Below are positions 38,008 to 47,398 of a DNA stretch of 64,000 bases, one piece after another. Every line of letters begins with the position of its first letter. The first letter of the stretch is position 1. Source of the DNA: Eubacteriales bacterium (GTDB lineage: Bacteria > Bacillota > Clostridia > Oscillospirales > SIG627); assembly GCA_045543495.1 (NCBI GenBank), contig JAZQMO010000028.1:1446-65445 (forward strand), in the 5' to 3' direction. Made by a program: the position numbers and the translations under genes. Below the pieces are notes generated by a model that was not told where the DNA came from, did no database searches, and saw only the letters and a program-made list of their open reading frames with translations.

Positions 38008-40026
38008 TCAATGTAGGTGGATCCTGTTTTCGTAGGGCAGAATTTCCTCTGCCTTGGCGGTATCCAAAAATTCCTCTGCCGTTTGGGTGACCGATTCAAT
38101 GAGGGGCATGGAAATTTCGTCCGTCAGATCAGGTCCCCAAAAGCCCGATTGCCTGGTGCCGAAAAACTCACCGGGGCCGCGGGTCTTTAGATCGTATTTG
38201 GCAAGCTCAAAGCCGTCGTGGCAATCGCAGAGCTTTCTCAGGCGCTCTCTTGCGCTTTTTCCCGAATGGGAGGAAATGAGAATACAGTGGGATTTTTCCT
38301 TTCCGCGCCCCACTCGTCCTCTCAGCTGATGAAGCTGGGAGAGACCGAAGCGCTCCGCATTGCGGATCACCATCACCGTGGCATTGGGAACATCCACTCC
38401 CACCTCAATGACCGTGGTGGAAACGAGAATTTTTGTTTCTCCCGATGCAAAGGATGCCATCACGGCGTTTTTCTCCTCATTTTTCATTTTGCCGTGGAGG
38501 AGGGCACAAGGAAGCTCGGACAGGTTCTTTTTCAGGCTCTCATATTCCTCCGAGGCCGATTGCAGAGGGCTCTTTTCCTCCTCATCCTCAATGAGGGGGC
38601 AAACCACATAGGCCTGCTGTCCTGCCGCCGCCTTTTCTCTCAAAAAGGCGTAGACACGCTGCATTTTATCCTCGCCCACGTAAAAGGTATCAATAACCTG
38701 TCTGCCGGGAGGAAGCTTGTCAATAACGGAGATCTTCCCCTTGGCGTACATGAACATGGCAAGGCTTCGGGGAATGGGGGTTGCACTCATCACAAGGGAG
38801 TGAACGGCGCCGCCCTTTTCATTTAAGATACTGCGGTGCCTGACACCGAAGCGGTGCTGCTCATCCGTAATGGAAAGCCCCACTCCCGAACAAAGAGCAC
38901 CCTCCTCCGTTAAGGCGTGAGTACCGATGAGAATATAGGGCTTTCCCGAAAGGGTCTTTTCAAAGATCGCCTGCCGCTCTTTTTTTGTGGAGGAGCCTGT
39001 CAAAAGAAGAACGGGGATTTCGCTTTGGGAAAACAGCTTTTGGAAGGAGGCGTAGTGTTGACGGGCCAAAATCTCCGTGGGCGCCATGAGAAGGGTGCTT
39101 TTGTGATTCTTGGCCACAAGATACGCTGCCGCCGCCGCTACCACGGTCTTTCCGCTTCCCACATCCCCTTGGATCAATCGGTTCATGGCGGGGATGAGCC
39201 CCTCCCCCACAAGATCGGCTCGGATCTCATTCAAGACCCGCCTTTGCGCCTCCGTCAGGGAAAAGGGAAGCTTTGATAGGAAGGGGTCAAGGGAAACATC
39301 CTTCAGGGCAGGGGTCTGCACCAACTCTTGCCGTCGGGAAAACAGGGTCGCCTTGACGGAAAAATCAAAGAGTCCTTCAAAGGCAAAGCGATCCTTTGCC
39401 CGTGCAAGGCTTTCGTTGCAGTCAGGGGCGTGAAGCGTAAAGATCGCTCTTGCCCGTCCCAAAAGCTTGTGCTTTTCTAAAATCCACTGCGGCAGAGTTT
39501 CCCGAATGCAGGGGAGCAAGGGCACAAGACAGGAGGCGATCAGCTTTGCGATCTGCGCAGAAGAGATCCCCCCAAGGGTCGGGTAAACGGGCTCAGGCAG
39601 GTCGGGATTCGGCGCCTCATCTCGCCGCTCGGGAGAAAAGAGAAAAAACTGACCGTTTTTCTCCTGTAATTCTCCGCAGTAGTAGCACACATCGCCCTTT
39701 GTGATCTTATTTTTCAAATAGGGTTGGTTGATGTATAAAATGTTGACCTTGGTGCCCGCTTCATCCTCTGCGGGAAAGCGGAGCACTCTTCGTCCTCCCG
39801 CCATGGTGAAAACATAAGGGGCGGCACAGCAGGTCAAACGGAATACGCCGTATTGCCCAAGCTTATCCGAGGATAGGGGAGACAGCGTTCCGCTTCGGTA
39901 GCAGCGGGGGAAATGCAGGATCAGATCCCCCACGGTGAAGATCCCCGCTCGGTGAAGCTTTTGCTTTTTTACCTCTCCCACTCCCTTTAACGCTTCTACG
40001 GGAGTTGTCAGATCCATTTTTTCCAT
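38008..40026 (-). CDS. recG: ATP-dependent DNA helicase RecG
   Basis: Wedge domain plus SF2 motifs GDVGSGKT and DEQHRFG. ATG 40024-40026 overlaps the upstream gene's TGA by 1 nt. Confidence 0.95.
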   Translation of the reverse strand: MEKMDLTTPVEALKGVGEVKKQKLHRAGIFTVGDLILHFPRCYRSGTLSPLSSDKLGQYGVFRLTCCAAPYVFTMAGGRRVLRFPAEDEAGTKVNILYINQPYLKNKITKGDVCYYCGELQEKNGQFFLFSPERRDEAPNPDLPEPVYPTLGGISSAQIAKLIASCLVPLLPCIRETLPQWILEKHKLLGRARAIFTLHAPDCNESLARAKDRFAFEGLFDFSVKATLFSRRQELVQTPALKDVSLDPFLSKLPFSLTEAQRRVLNEIRADLVGEGLIPAMNRLIQGDVGSGKTVVAAAAAYLVAKNHKSTLLMAPTEILARQHYASFQKLFSQSEIPVLLLTGSSTKKERQAIFEKTLSGKPYILIGTHALTEEGALCSGVGLSITDEQHRFGVRHRSILNEKGGAVHSLVMSATPIPRSLAMFMYAKGKISVIDKLPPGRQVIDTFYVGEDKMQRVYAFLREKAAAGQQAYVVCPLIEDEEEKSPLQSASEEYESLKKNLSELPCALLHGKMKNEEKNAVMASFASGETKILVSTTVIEVGVDVPNATVMVIRNAERFGLSQLHQLRGRVGRGKEKSHCILISSHSGKSARERLRKLCDCHDGFELAKYDLKTRGPGEFFGTRQSGFWGPDLTDEISMPLIESVTQTAEEFLDTAKAEEILPYENRIHLH

Positions 40027-42197
40027 CAAAGGGAGATTACCTTTGCAGAGTTACGGCAGATCTCAACAAGAGCCTCCGAGGAGGTCGCAATGAAAAATTG
40101 GGAGCAGGTCTCGCTCAGCACCCGATACAGCTTGGAGGCCGCTTCGGGAGCCAAAGGCGCCAGAGAATCGTCAAAGATCATGGGAAGGCTGGTTTTTTGC
40201 ATCAATTCCGCAAGACTTAAACGGAAGGCCAAAAGGCCGATTTCCGTAATCACACCGCCTCCTGCGGCAATCAGGGGCAAAACACTGTTACGGTCACAGA
40301 AGCAAAGCTCGAAGTGATCGTCAAAGAGGAAGCGCTCTCCCTCGCCCAAAACAAAGGAGATCTTTTTGTTGATGGATTGGGTCAGAATTTCCTTCAGGGC
40401 CTCCTCAAATTTTTCCTTTTTGGAGGTGGCGAGAGCAAGATTTAAGCTTACAATATCGTATTCGCCCTCCTCCTCCCGAATCTTTTCGGAAAGCACCTCA
40501 AGCCTTGTGCGGATCTGGTCGGGGGAAACCGAAAGCTTGTTTTGCGCCTCCTGCAATCTTGCGGCGGTCAGCGCCTTTTTCTTGTAAATGGAATCATTCT
40601 GCGCCAAAAGGAAGGTGAGCTCCTTCTGCAGAGCGGTAAATTCGGGGCTCACGGTCAGAGTTTTGCGCTCCACATCTGCGCTCAAAAGACTGTTGTATTC
40701 CGTTTTTTCCTCTTCAATTTCGTGCTGAAGATCATAAAGGGAATCGTTTGCCTCGATGATCTGATCGCAAATGGCAAGGATCTCGCCATCCTCCTCTCCG
40801 TATCCCAATTCGGAGATCTTCTTGCGGATCTTTTCGGTCACCTCTTCCTTTTCCTTCTCCCGCCTTCTGCAATTCTCTTCGGCGGAAAGAACCTTGTCCC
40901 GATATACGGCAGTGGTCCTGTCGTGGGCACAAAGGGTCTCGTAAAATTCGTTGAATTCCGCAAGGCTCTCCTTGCCGTTTTCCGACAGGATCTTGCGAAC
41001 GGAATGGGAAAATACGGAGGAAACACTTGCCGAGGCAATGCCGCACAGGACGGTGGTCACCCCTGCCGCAAGGCAAATGAGGGAATCAAAGGAAAGATAC
41101 CGAAGGAGAAAATACAGACTTGCGCCGATCCCCAGCAAGGCGATCCCCAAGATCTGCAGGATCATTTTGGTCAGGCGATAGTGGGAAATCCTCTTTTTTT
41201 CGTTTCCGAAATGCTCTTTGGATTGATTTCCCGTAAAAAGGCGGCTGTGGTAGGACAGAGTCTCCTCTGCGGAGGTCAAGGCCGCACGGGCATCGGAAAG
41301 AGAGGTAACGGAAAGGCTGAGATTGCTGTAATCCGCCTTCATTTCCTCCAATTCCTCTTCCGTCAAAAGACCGATCTTGCTTTTTACGTCAAAGAGCATA
41401 ATGCGGTATTGCTTTTCCTTGGCAATGATGCTCTTGTGCTTTTCTTGTGCATTTTCCTTGTTGCGGCTGATCTGCAGATCGTCGGAAAAACGGGCCATAT
41501 CGGCCTTCAAAAGAACGCATCGCTTGTCATTGGCATCCAATTTTTGCGCAATGTCGGTCAGGGTCGCACCGCATTCCTGCACCTCGTTTTCCCATCGGGG
41601 GTACTCCTCCAGCATCCCCTCCAATTCGCTCTTTTCCTTGTAAAGTCGGTCCAGAGAGCCTGTTTTATCTGCATTTTTGTAAAAGGATGCCTTCTCCTCG
41701 GCCACCAAAAGATCCCGATAAATATGGCGGGTATCCTCATGAAAGGAGGAGATCTGATTCAAAAAGGAAAATTTCGGCTTGAAAAAGGGCGTTTCATAGC
41801 GGGCCTGCTTGAAATAGTTGATCAGGTCAAAGGAATCCTGATCCATTCCCGTCAAAAATTCACCGGGAGTCTGCTCCGTGTCCACCGTCTCGCCCGAAGC
41901 GCAGTCCGTGAAGGTCCATTCCTCCTTGCCCTCAATGACGCTTCTTTCACATAAAAAATGCTTGTCACCGCAGGAAAACAGGATCCGCCCCAGTGCATCC
42001 TCCGCATTGTCCCGAGCAAGAGCAACGGAATCAGCTCCGTAAAGAACAAATTGCACGAATTCACAAAGACTGGTTTTTCCACTGCGAAAAGAACCGTAAA
42101 ACAAATTGGCGTTTTTTGACGGTTCAATGACAAGATTTCTGATTTTCTTAAATTTTTCGATCTCTATTTTTTCGATGGAAAGCTTTTTTGGTTCCAT
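40026..42197 (-). CDS. Rad50/SbcC-like AAA ATPase with a central membrane hairpin (YhaN/SbcE-like)
   Basis: Walker A GSFRSGKT (aa 35-42), long charged helical arms, two hydrophobic helices at aa 345-396, and C-terminal LPMIFDD (Walker B/D-loop). Confidence 0.7.
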   Translation of the reverse strand: MEPKKLSIEKIEIEKFKKIRNLVIEPSKNANLFYGSFRSGKTSLCEFVQFVLYGADSVALARDNAEDALGRILFSCGDKHFLCERSVIEGKEEWTFTDCASGETVDTEQTPGEFLTGMDQDSFDLINYFKQARYETPFFKPKFSFLNQISSFHEDTRHIYRDLLVAEEKASFYKNADKTGSLDRLYKEKSELEGMLEEYPRWENEVQECGATLTDIAQKLDANDKRCVLLKADMARFSDDLQISRNKENAQEKHKSIIAKEKQYRIMLFDVKSKIGLLTEEELEEMKADYSNLSLSVTSLSDARAALTSAEETLSYHSRLFTGNQSKEHFGNEKKRISHYRLTKMILQILGIALLGIGASLYFLLRYLSFDSLICLAAGVTTVLCGIASASVSSVFSHSVRKILSENGKESLAEFNEFYETLCAHDRTTAVYRDKVLSAEENCRRREKEKEEVTEKIRKKISELGYGEEDGEILAICDQIIEANDSLYDLQHEIEEEKTEYNSLLSADVERKTLTVSPEFTALQKELTFLLAQNDSIYKKKALTAARLQEAQNKLSVSPDQIRTRLEVLSEKIREEEGEYDIVSLNLALATSKKEKFEEALKEILTQSINKKISFVLGEGERFLFDDHFELCFCDRNSVLPLIAAGGGVITEIGLLAFRLSLAELMQKTSLPMIFDDSLAPLAPEAASKLYRVLSETCSQFFIATSSEALVEICRNSAKVISL

Positions 42198-42227
42198 ATC
42201 AATATCCTTATAAAAATTCTATCTTAT

Positions 42228-42256
42228 ATTATACTGAAAAAGATCTGTCCCGTCAA
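42228..42256 (-). promoter_or_regulatory. Sigma-A type promoter of the ATPase-recG unit
   Basis: On the minus strand: TTGACG at 42256-42251, a 17-nt spacer, then TATAAT at 42233-42228. Confidence 0.6.
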
Positions 42257-42263
42257 TGGTTTC

Positions 42264-42294
42264 CCAAAAAAGAAAGAGGCGTATTTACGCCTCT
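42264..42294 (-). terminator. Intrinsic terminator after the deacetylase gene
   Basis: On the minus strand: stem AGAGGCGTA / TACGCCTCT, which includes the TAA stop, followed by TTCTTTTTTGG. Confidence 0.7.
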
Positions 42295-42971
42295 TCGTTC
42301 AGTAGCTGTGATACAGTTACGATTTCATATCCGTTATCGATCAGATAGGGAATTACTTTTTTCAATGCCTCGGGAGTGGGAAGTCGTTTGTCATCCAGAT
42401 CGTGAAAGAGAATGATATCGCCCTCTCTTGCCAAATCCTCAATTTTGGATACGATCTTTTCCGATTTTGGCATACACCAATCTCGGGTGTCCAAGGACCA
42501 AAGAATACTGCGGTATCCCATTTCCTCTAATATTTTCACGCTTTTGTCATCATAAAAGCCTCCGGGCGGGCGAAATACACGGGTCTTTTCTCCCGTGATC
42601 TCAAAGAGCACGTCCTCGGTCTTTTGTATTTCACTTCGGATCTGGGCCTCCTCAAGCTTTGAGATATAAGCGTGAGTATAGGTGTGATTGCCGATCTCGT
42701 GACCCGCCTCCCATATGCTGCGGATCCGTTCGGGATCCCGCTGGGCGTTCTTTCCAATGACAAAGAAGGTGGCCTTTACCCCGTATTCCTCCAAAACGGA
42801 AAGGATCTCTTCGGTGTTTTGCTTGCTTGGCCCGTCATCAAAGGAAAGGGCGATCCGCTTGGCCTGCCCGTCTCCCTTGCGGTATACCGCCGCCCTTGCG
42901 GGAAGGGGAGAGAGGGTAAGAAGCAGAAAAGAAGCCAAGGCAAAAGAAAGAAATTTCTTTATTCTTGCCAT
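42285..42971 (-). CDS. Secreted polysaccharide deacetylase (NodB homology domain)
   Basis: Signal peptide plus the NodB motifs LSFDDGP, TFFVIG and GHEIGNHTYTH. Confidence 0.85.
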   Translation of the reverse strand: MARIKKFLSFALASFLLLTLSPLPARAAVYRKGDGQAKRIALSFDDGPSKQNTEEILSVLEEYGVKATFFVIGKNAQRDPERIRSIWEAGHEIGNHTYTHAYISKLEEAQIRSEIQKTEDVLFEITGEKTRVFRPPGGFYDDKSVKILEEMGYRSILWSLDTRDWCMPKSEKIVSKIEDLAREGDIILFHDLDDKRLPTPEALKKVIPYLIDNGYEIVTVSQLLNEEA

Positions 42972-43702
42972 AGCGCCTCCACCGTTTCAAAACGGTAGCC
43001 CTTATCCTTCATAGCCTTAATAAAGCCATCCAAAATTTTTGTGTTGGTTTCCGAGGTGGGATGAAGCAGGATCACCGCTCCGTCGTGGACCCGACTGTTC
43101 AGCTTTTCCATGGCATATTCGGGACTTTTTTGGTTGTTGTTGTCCCAATCCGCCCAAGCAAGGCTCCAAAATACGGTCTTGTAACCAAGCTTCTCAACCT
43201 CCAAAAGAGCACTTTCGCTCCAAGCCCCCTCAGGCGGGCGGAAGAAGGGCGCAGGCTTTTCTCCCGTCACCTGCATCACCGCCTCCTCCAAAGAAAAAAG
43301 CTCTGATTGGATGGCCTCGGGGGAAAGGGCAGTGATATTTTTGTGGGTGGCCGTGTGGTTGCAGACGAGGTTTCCGTTTTCCTTGATGGCTCTTGTCAGA
43401 TCGGGATTTTGCTCCACGAAATGACGGAGAAGAAAGAAACTTCCCGCAACCTCGTTATCCTTCAGAATGTTGACGATTTTTTCCACATTCCCATTTTCGT
43501 ATCCGGCATCAAAGGTCAGATACAAGACCTTTTCCTCCGGCCCGATTCCCTTGACGGAATCAAGGGCTACCGACGGCAGAGTGGGTCTGTCATTTTGGCT
43601 TTTGGATGAAAAATACCAATTCTGCCCGCCTGCGGCATTTGCAAAGGAAGAGACCGATAACAGAATGAAAGCGAATAAAAATGATAATGCTTTTTTCATC
43701 AT
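42959..43702 (-). CDS. Secreted polysaccharide deacetylase, PdaA-like (delta-lactam-type NodB domain)
   Basis: Signal peptide plus LTFDAGYENG...FFLLRHF...CNHTATH. It overlaps the downstream deacetylase gene by 13 nt. The start could instead be the second ATG at 43699. Confidence 0.8.
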   Translation of the reverse strand: MMKKALSFLFAFILLSVSSFANAAGGQNWYFSSKSQNDRPTLPSVALDSVKGIGPEEKVLYLTFDAGYENGNVEKIVNILKDNEVAGSFFLLRHFVEQNPDLTRAIKENGNLVCNHTATHKNITALSPEAIQSELFSLEEAVMQVTGEKPAPFFRPPEGAWSESALLEVEKLGYKTVFWSLAWADWDNNNQKSPEYAMEKLNSRVHDGAVILLHPTSETNTKILDGFIKAMKDKGYRFETVEALWQE

Positions 43703-43744
43703 TTCCTCCTTTACGAATATAGTGTTTCTCCCGCAGAAAAAAAT

Positions 43745-43775
43745 ATGACTGCCAAAGCTCGGCAGTCATTTTTTG
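43745..43775 (-). terminator. Intrinsic terminator after the udg gene
   Basis: 9-bp stem ATGACTGCC / GGCAGTCAT, flanked by T-runs on both strands. Confidence 0.7.
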
Positions 43776-43782
43776 TAAAATT

Positions 43783-44358
43783 TTATTTTGAAAGGATGGC
43801 AAATTCCTTGGCAATGGCCTTGAAATCATCCAGCGCCTCTTCCTTCTTGCGGGGATCCCGAAGCAGGGCAGAGGGGTGATAGGTGGCCATCATTTTCGTT
43901 TGCCCTGCCTCATACCATTTTCCGTGATCACGGGTGATCTTAAAATCCGGTGCAATGATGCGCCCGGCGGCGATCCTTCCCAAGCAAATCAAGATCCTTG
44001 GTTGCAGGATCTGCACCTGCCGTCTCAAATAACCGATGCAGGCCTCTTCCTCCTCGGGCAAGGGATCCCGATTTCCCGCAGGGCGGCACTTGAGAATGTT
44101 GGCGATGTAATAATCCTCTTCCTCAAGACCGATAAATTCCAAATAACGGTCCAAAAGCTGACCTGCCGCCCCCACAAAGGGCTTTCCCTGCAGATCCTCA
44201 TTTTCTCCCGGTGCCTCTCCCACAAAAAGAATTTTTGCTTTTTCGCTGCCCCGACCGAAAACGGTATTTTTGCGCCTTTGGCAAAGGGCACAGCCCTCAC
44301 AGGCCCCGACCTCGTTTTCCAATTCCCGTAAGGCTTCGCTTTTTTCCTTGTCTGTCAT
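43783..44358 (-). CDS. udg: Uracil-DNA glycosylase, family 4 (Fe-S type)
   Basis: CEGCALC...NTVFGRGS...LFVGEAPGENED...GKPFVGAAGQLL motifs. ATG 44358 is used. The longer track ORF adds a non-conserved N-terminus. Confidence 0.9.
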   Translation of the reverse strand: MTDKEKSEALRELENEVGACEGCALCQRRKNTVFGRGSEKAKILFVGEAPGENEDLQGKPFVGAAGQLLDRYLEFIGLEEEDYYIANILKCRPAGNRDPLPEEEEACIGYLRRQVQILQPRILICLGRIAAGRIIAPDFKITRDHGKWYEAGQTKMMATYHPSALLRDPRKKEEALDDFKAIAKEFAILSK

Positions 44359-44378
44359 ATTTTTTCCTTTCCAATCTT

Positions 44379-44864
44379 TCAAAACGGATGGATTCGGGTG
44401 CATTTGGCTCTCAAATATCCCCGAGAGGGAGCATCCTTCAGCTTTTCTCCGTATTCCCAAAGACAAGGCAGAGCCTTCTCTGAGGGGATCCTGAGAAGAA
44501 AATCATCCCTCTGCCCGATGCGATAAAAGACGCAGTCCGATGCCTGACTCTTCAGATTGCCGCAGGCGGTATAAAGATGGTCGAAGGAATGAAACAGAAA
44601 ATACTCTCCGCCGTCTTCCTCCTCCAGACGGATGAAAAACAATTCGCAGCCCCCATCGGCCTTGGGGTAAAGCTGTATGTAGATCTTATCGTTTGTAATG
44701 GAAAAATCGGTCTCGGCCTTTGCATATTCGCAAAGAGCAAGGATCACGCTCCGTGTTTTTTCCGTGTCAAAATCAAAGTCCTCATTTCGGATCTTGAAAT
44801 GGGCCATATCCTCGCTCGTCAGCTGGATCCGCAGACAGTTTTTTCCGTTTTGCAGAAGCTTCAC
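44379..44864 (-). CDS. MecA-like adaptor protein (short form)
   Basis: The pattern LRIQLTSEDM...IYIQLYP...ELFFIRL...YFLFHSFDHLY...LWEYGEKL resembles the MecA N- and C-terminal domains. The start is GTG 44864, with AAGGAG 6 nt upstream. Confidence 0.5.
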   Translation of the reverse strand: MKLLQNGKNCLRIQLTSEDMAHFKIRNEDFDFDTEKTRSVILALCEYAKAETDFSITNDKIYIQLYPKADGGCELFFIRLEEEDGGEYFLFHSFDHLYTACGNLKSQASDCVFYRIGQRDDFLLRIPSEKALPCLWEYGEKLKDAPSRGYLRAKCTRIHPF

Positions 44865-45035
44865 CGTCTTCTCCTTTGCTTGTGTTCTTATTATCAGTAT
44901 AAGCGAGAACGAAAAAAATGCAACCACTTTTTCCTGTAAAAAAAGCAAAAAAATGCTTCGTGAGGCGTTTTTTTCCGTGAGGAAAATCCATTTTAATCAA
45001 ATATGAAAAAATTTCCGTCTTTTTTTCTCCTTTAC

Positions 45036-45064
45036 TTGACAAACCCCATTGGGTGCTTTATGAT
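45036..45064 (+). promoter_or_regulatory. Sigma-A type promoter of the ABC-DUF1854-ABC operon
   Basis: TTGACA at 45036-45041, a 17-nt spacer, then TATGAT at 45059-45064. Confidence 0.6.
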
Positions 45065-45089
45065 TAAATCGAAGAATGAGGTTCGAGCT

Positions 45090-47390
45090 ATGAAAGAAAT
45101 GAACATTCCGGAGGAAGTGATTTCTTCCTTCTACAAAAAAGGAATCGATACCCAAAAAGCGCTGATTCTCACCAAAACGGATATGGGGAGACAGGAGTAC
45201 TACTGCGATGCCTATACGGCCTTAACGGAAGAAGGCATCGGGGTTCTCTTTTGTACCTTTGTTTTGCGAGGGAAAGAGGGCGCTTCTTTGTTTTCTTCCC
45301 AAAAAACCGAAAAGCTTTTGCAAGAGGAGGAGTATGTTTATCTCCCCTTGGAGGAGCTTGCGTGCCTGAAGGCCGAGGAGCAGATCTCGGTCATCCGTGT
45401 GGTGGCCAAGAAGAAAAACGGGGAAGAGGCGGTTCTCTTCTGGGCCTCCAATGCCTGCCGCAAGGAAGTGTTCCGCTTGGTGGAGGGTCTCTCCTCTTAT
45501 TTGGAAACAGGCACTCTCCCTCCCGAGCGGGAGGATAAGGATCTGGCTTGCCCCCGTTGCGGTACGCCCTATCCTCACGGCGCCCACAAAAGGTGCCCCA
45601 AGTGCTCCAAGAAGAAAACTCTGCTTCGCAAGCTTCTTCCGTTCTTTTTCCGTTATAAGGTGCCGATGGCCATGGTGATTCTTACCGTGGTTCTGTCGGG
45701 TGTTGTCAGCGTTATCACTCCGTACCTGAAAAGCAAGGTGCTCTACGATCGGGTTTTGACCCCGGGAGACAGCCTCTACGGCCGGATCCTTCTTTTGGTC
45801 CTTGCCGTGGCGGGGAGCGCTTTGCTCAGCGCCGTTGTCAATATGGTCAATACCATTGTCAACGCCAAGGTTTCTTCTTATGTTTCCTACGATATGAAGA
45901 AAACCATCTTTTCCGCCTTCGAAAGGCTCTCCTATTCCTTCTTCACCTCCCGCCATACGGGAAGGCTCATTACCCAGATCAATTCTGATGCGGAGACTCT
46001 CTATAATTTCTTCTGTAATTGGTTTCCGTTCTTTTGTACCAATCTGTTGCAGATCGTGGGGATTCTCACGGTGATGATGATCACCAACCCTCTCCTGACC
46101 TCCCTTGTGCTTTTGCCGATCCCCTTTGTGCTTTTGGGCAGCTGGGGCGTTATGAAGATGTTTCGCCGTCTCCATGCGGAAAACCATACCCACCGCTCTC
46201 GCTTCAACGCCATTCTTTCCGATGTTCTGGAGGGAATGCGCATTGTAAAATCCTTCTCCCGAGAGGAAACCGAGGTAGCCCGATTCGATGAGAAGAATCA
46301 GGCTCTTGCCGAGTCCAACCTCAAGATCTCCGTTCGTCAGCACAGCATTTTCCCTATGGTGAACCTGATCTGGCGCCTTTCCACCTATCTTGTTTGGGGC
46401 TTCGGCGGCTATTTTGTCTTAAAGGAAGGGCTCACCCCGGGCAGCGGAATCAGCTACGGTGAATTGAATCTGTTCGTCAGCTACCTGACCATGCTCTACG
46501 CTCCCCTCAATTCCTTTTCCGGCTATGTCAATCAGTTTGCCAGCGGCTTCAACGCCCTGCGCCGCCTGTTTGAGATCTTGGATACCCCGCCCGAGGTCAA
46601 GGAAAAGGAGGATCCCGTGCATCTGGAAACCGTGCGGGGCGAGATCCGATTTGACCATGTGAATTTTTCCTATGTTCCCGGAAAAAAAGCGGTGGACGAT
46701 GTGTCCTTTTATGTTCCTGCGGGCAAGACTCTGGGCATCGTAGGCCATACGGGAGCGGGGAAGAGCACTCTTGCCAATCTTCTGACCCGCCTTTACGATG
46801 TGGACAGCGGTAAGATCCTCATTGACGGGGTGGATATCCGTGATCTGAGCTTTCGCTCCCTTCGGGATCACGTAGCCATCGTGTCGCAGGAGACCTACCT
46901 GTTCCGCGGCACCATTATGGATAACATTCGATATGCCAACCCCGAGGCGAGTCGGGAGGAGGTCATTGCGGCCTCCAAGGCGGCGGGCTGTCACGATTTT
47001 ATTATGACCTTCCCCATGGGGTACGACACCTTGGTGGGCGCCAATAAAAAGACCCTTTCGGGGGGCGAAATGCAGCGGGTCTCCATTGCCCGCGCCATCC
47101 TAAAGGACCCCGCCATTCTCATTTTGGATGAAGCCACCGCCGCTATGGATACCAAGACCGAGCGGAAGATTCAGGAGGCCCTTTCTGCCATTACCAAAAA
47201 CCGCACCACCGTTACCATCGCCCATCGCCTTTCCACCCTTCGGGATGCGGATTTTCTCATCGTCATTGGGGACGGAAAGCTTTTGGAGGAAGGGGATCAC
47301 GATTCCCTTCTTGCCAAGGAGGACGGAACCTATCGGAAACTGTATACCTTGCAGATGGAAGCCTTGAAGACCATCGGCATTGAGGAATAG
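45090..47390 (+). CDS. ABC exporter half-transporter (TMD-NBD) with an N-terminal cytosolic module of about 180 aa ending in a zinc ribbon
   Basis: CPRC-x13-CPKC at nt 45549-45605, six-TM type I exporter domain, Walker A GHTGAGKST, signature LSGGEMQR, Walker B ILILDEAT. Confidence 0.9.
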   Translation: MKEMNIPEEVISSFYKKGIDTQKALILTKTDMGRQEYYCDAYTALTEEGIGVLFCTFVLRGKEGASLFSSQKTEKLLQEEEYVYLPLEELACLKAEEQISVIRVVAKKKNGEEAVLFWASNACRKEVFRLVEGLSSYLETGTLPPEREDKDLACPRCGTPYPHGAHKRCPKCSKKKTLLRKLLPFFFRYKVPMAMVILTVVLSGVVSVITPYLKSKVLYDRVLTPGDSLYGRILLLVLAVAGSALLSAVVNMVNTIVNAKVSSYVSYDMKKTIFSAFERLSYSFFTSRHTGRLITQINSDAETLYNFFCNWFPFFCTNLLQIVGILTVMMITNPLLTSLVLLPIPFVLLGSWGVMKMFRRLHAENHTHRSRFNAILSDVLEGMRIVKSFSREETEVARFDEKNQALAESNLKISVRQHSIFPMVNLIWRLSTYLVWGFGGYFVLKEGLTPGSGISYGELNLFVSYLTMLYAPLNSFSGYVNQFASGFNALRRLFEILDTPPEVKEKEDPVHLETVRGEIRFDHVNFSYVPGKKAVDDVSFYVPAGKTLGIVGHTGAGKSTLANLLTRLYDVDSGKILIDGVDIRDLSFRSLRDHVAIVSQETYLFRGTIMDNIRYANPEASREEVIAASKAAGCHDFIMTFPMGYDTLVGANKKTLSGGEMQRVSIARAILKDPAILILDEATAAMDTKTERKIQEALSAITKNRTTVTIAHRLSTLRDADFLIVIGDGKLLEEGDHDSLLAKEDGTYRKLYTLQMEALKTIGIEE

Positions 47391-47398
47391 GAGGAGCT

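Noticed and set aside
40542-41954. A 470-aa plus-strand ORF antisense to the Rad50-like ATPase gene.
   Set aside because: It is a shadow ORF of the same kind. The minus-strand frame carries Walker A/B, coiled-coil and TM features and has a proper promoter and RBS.
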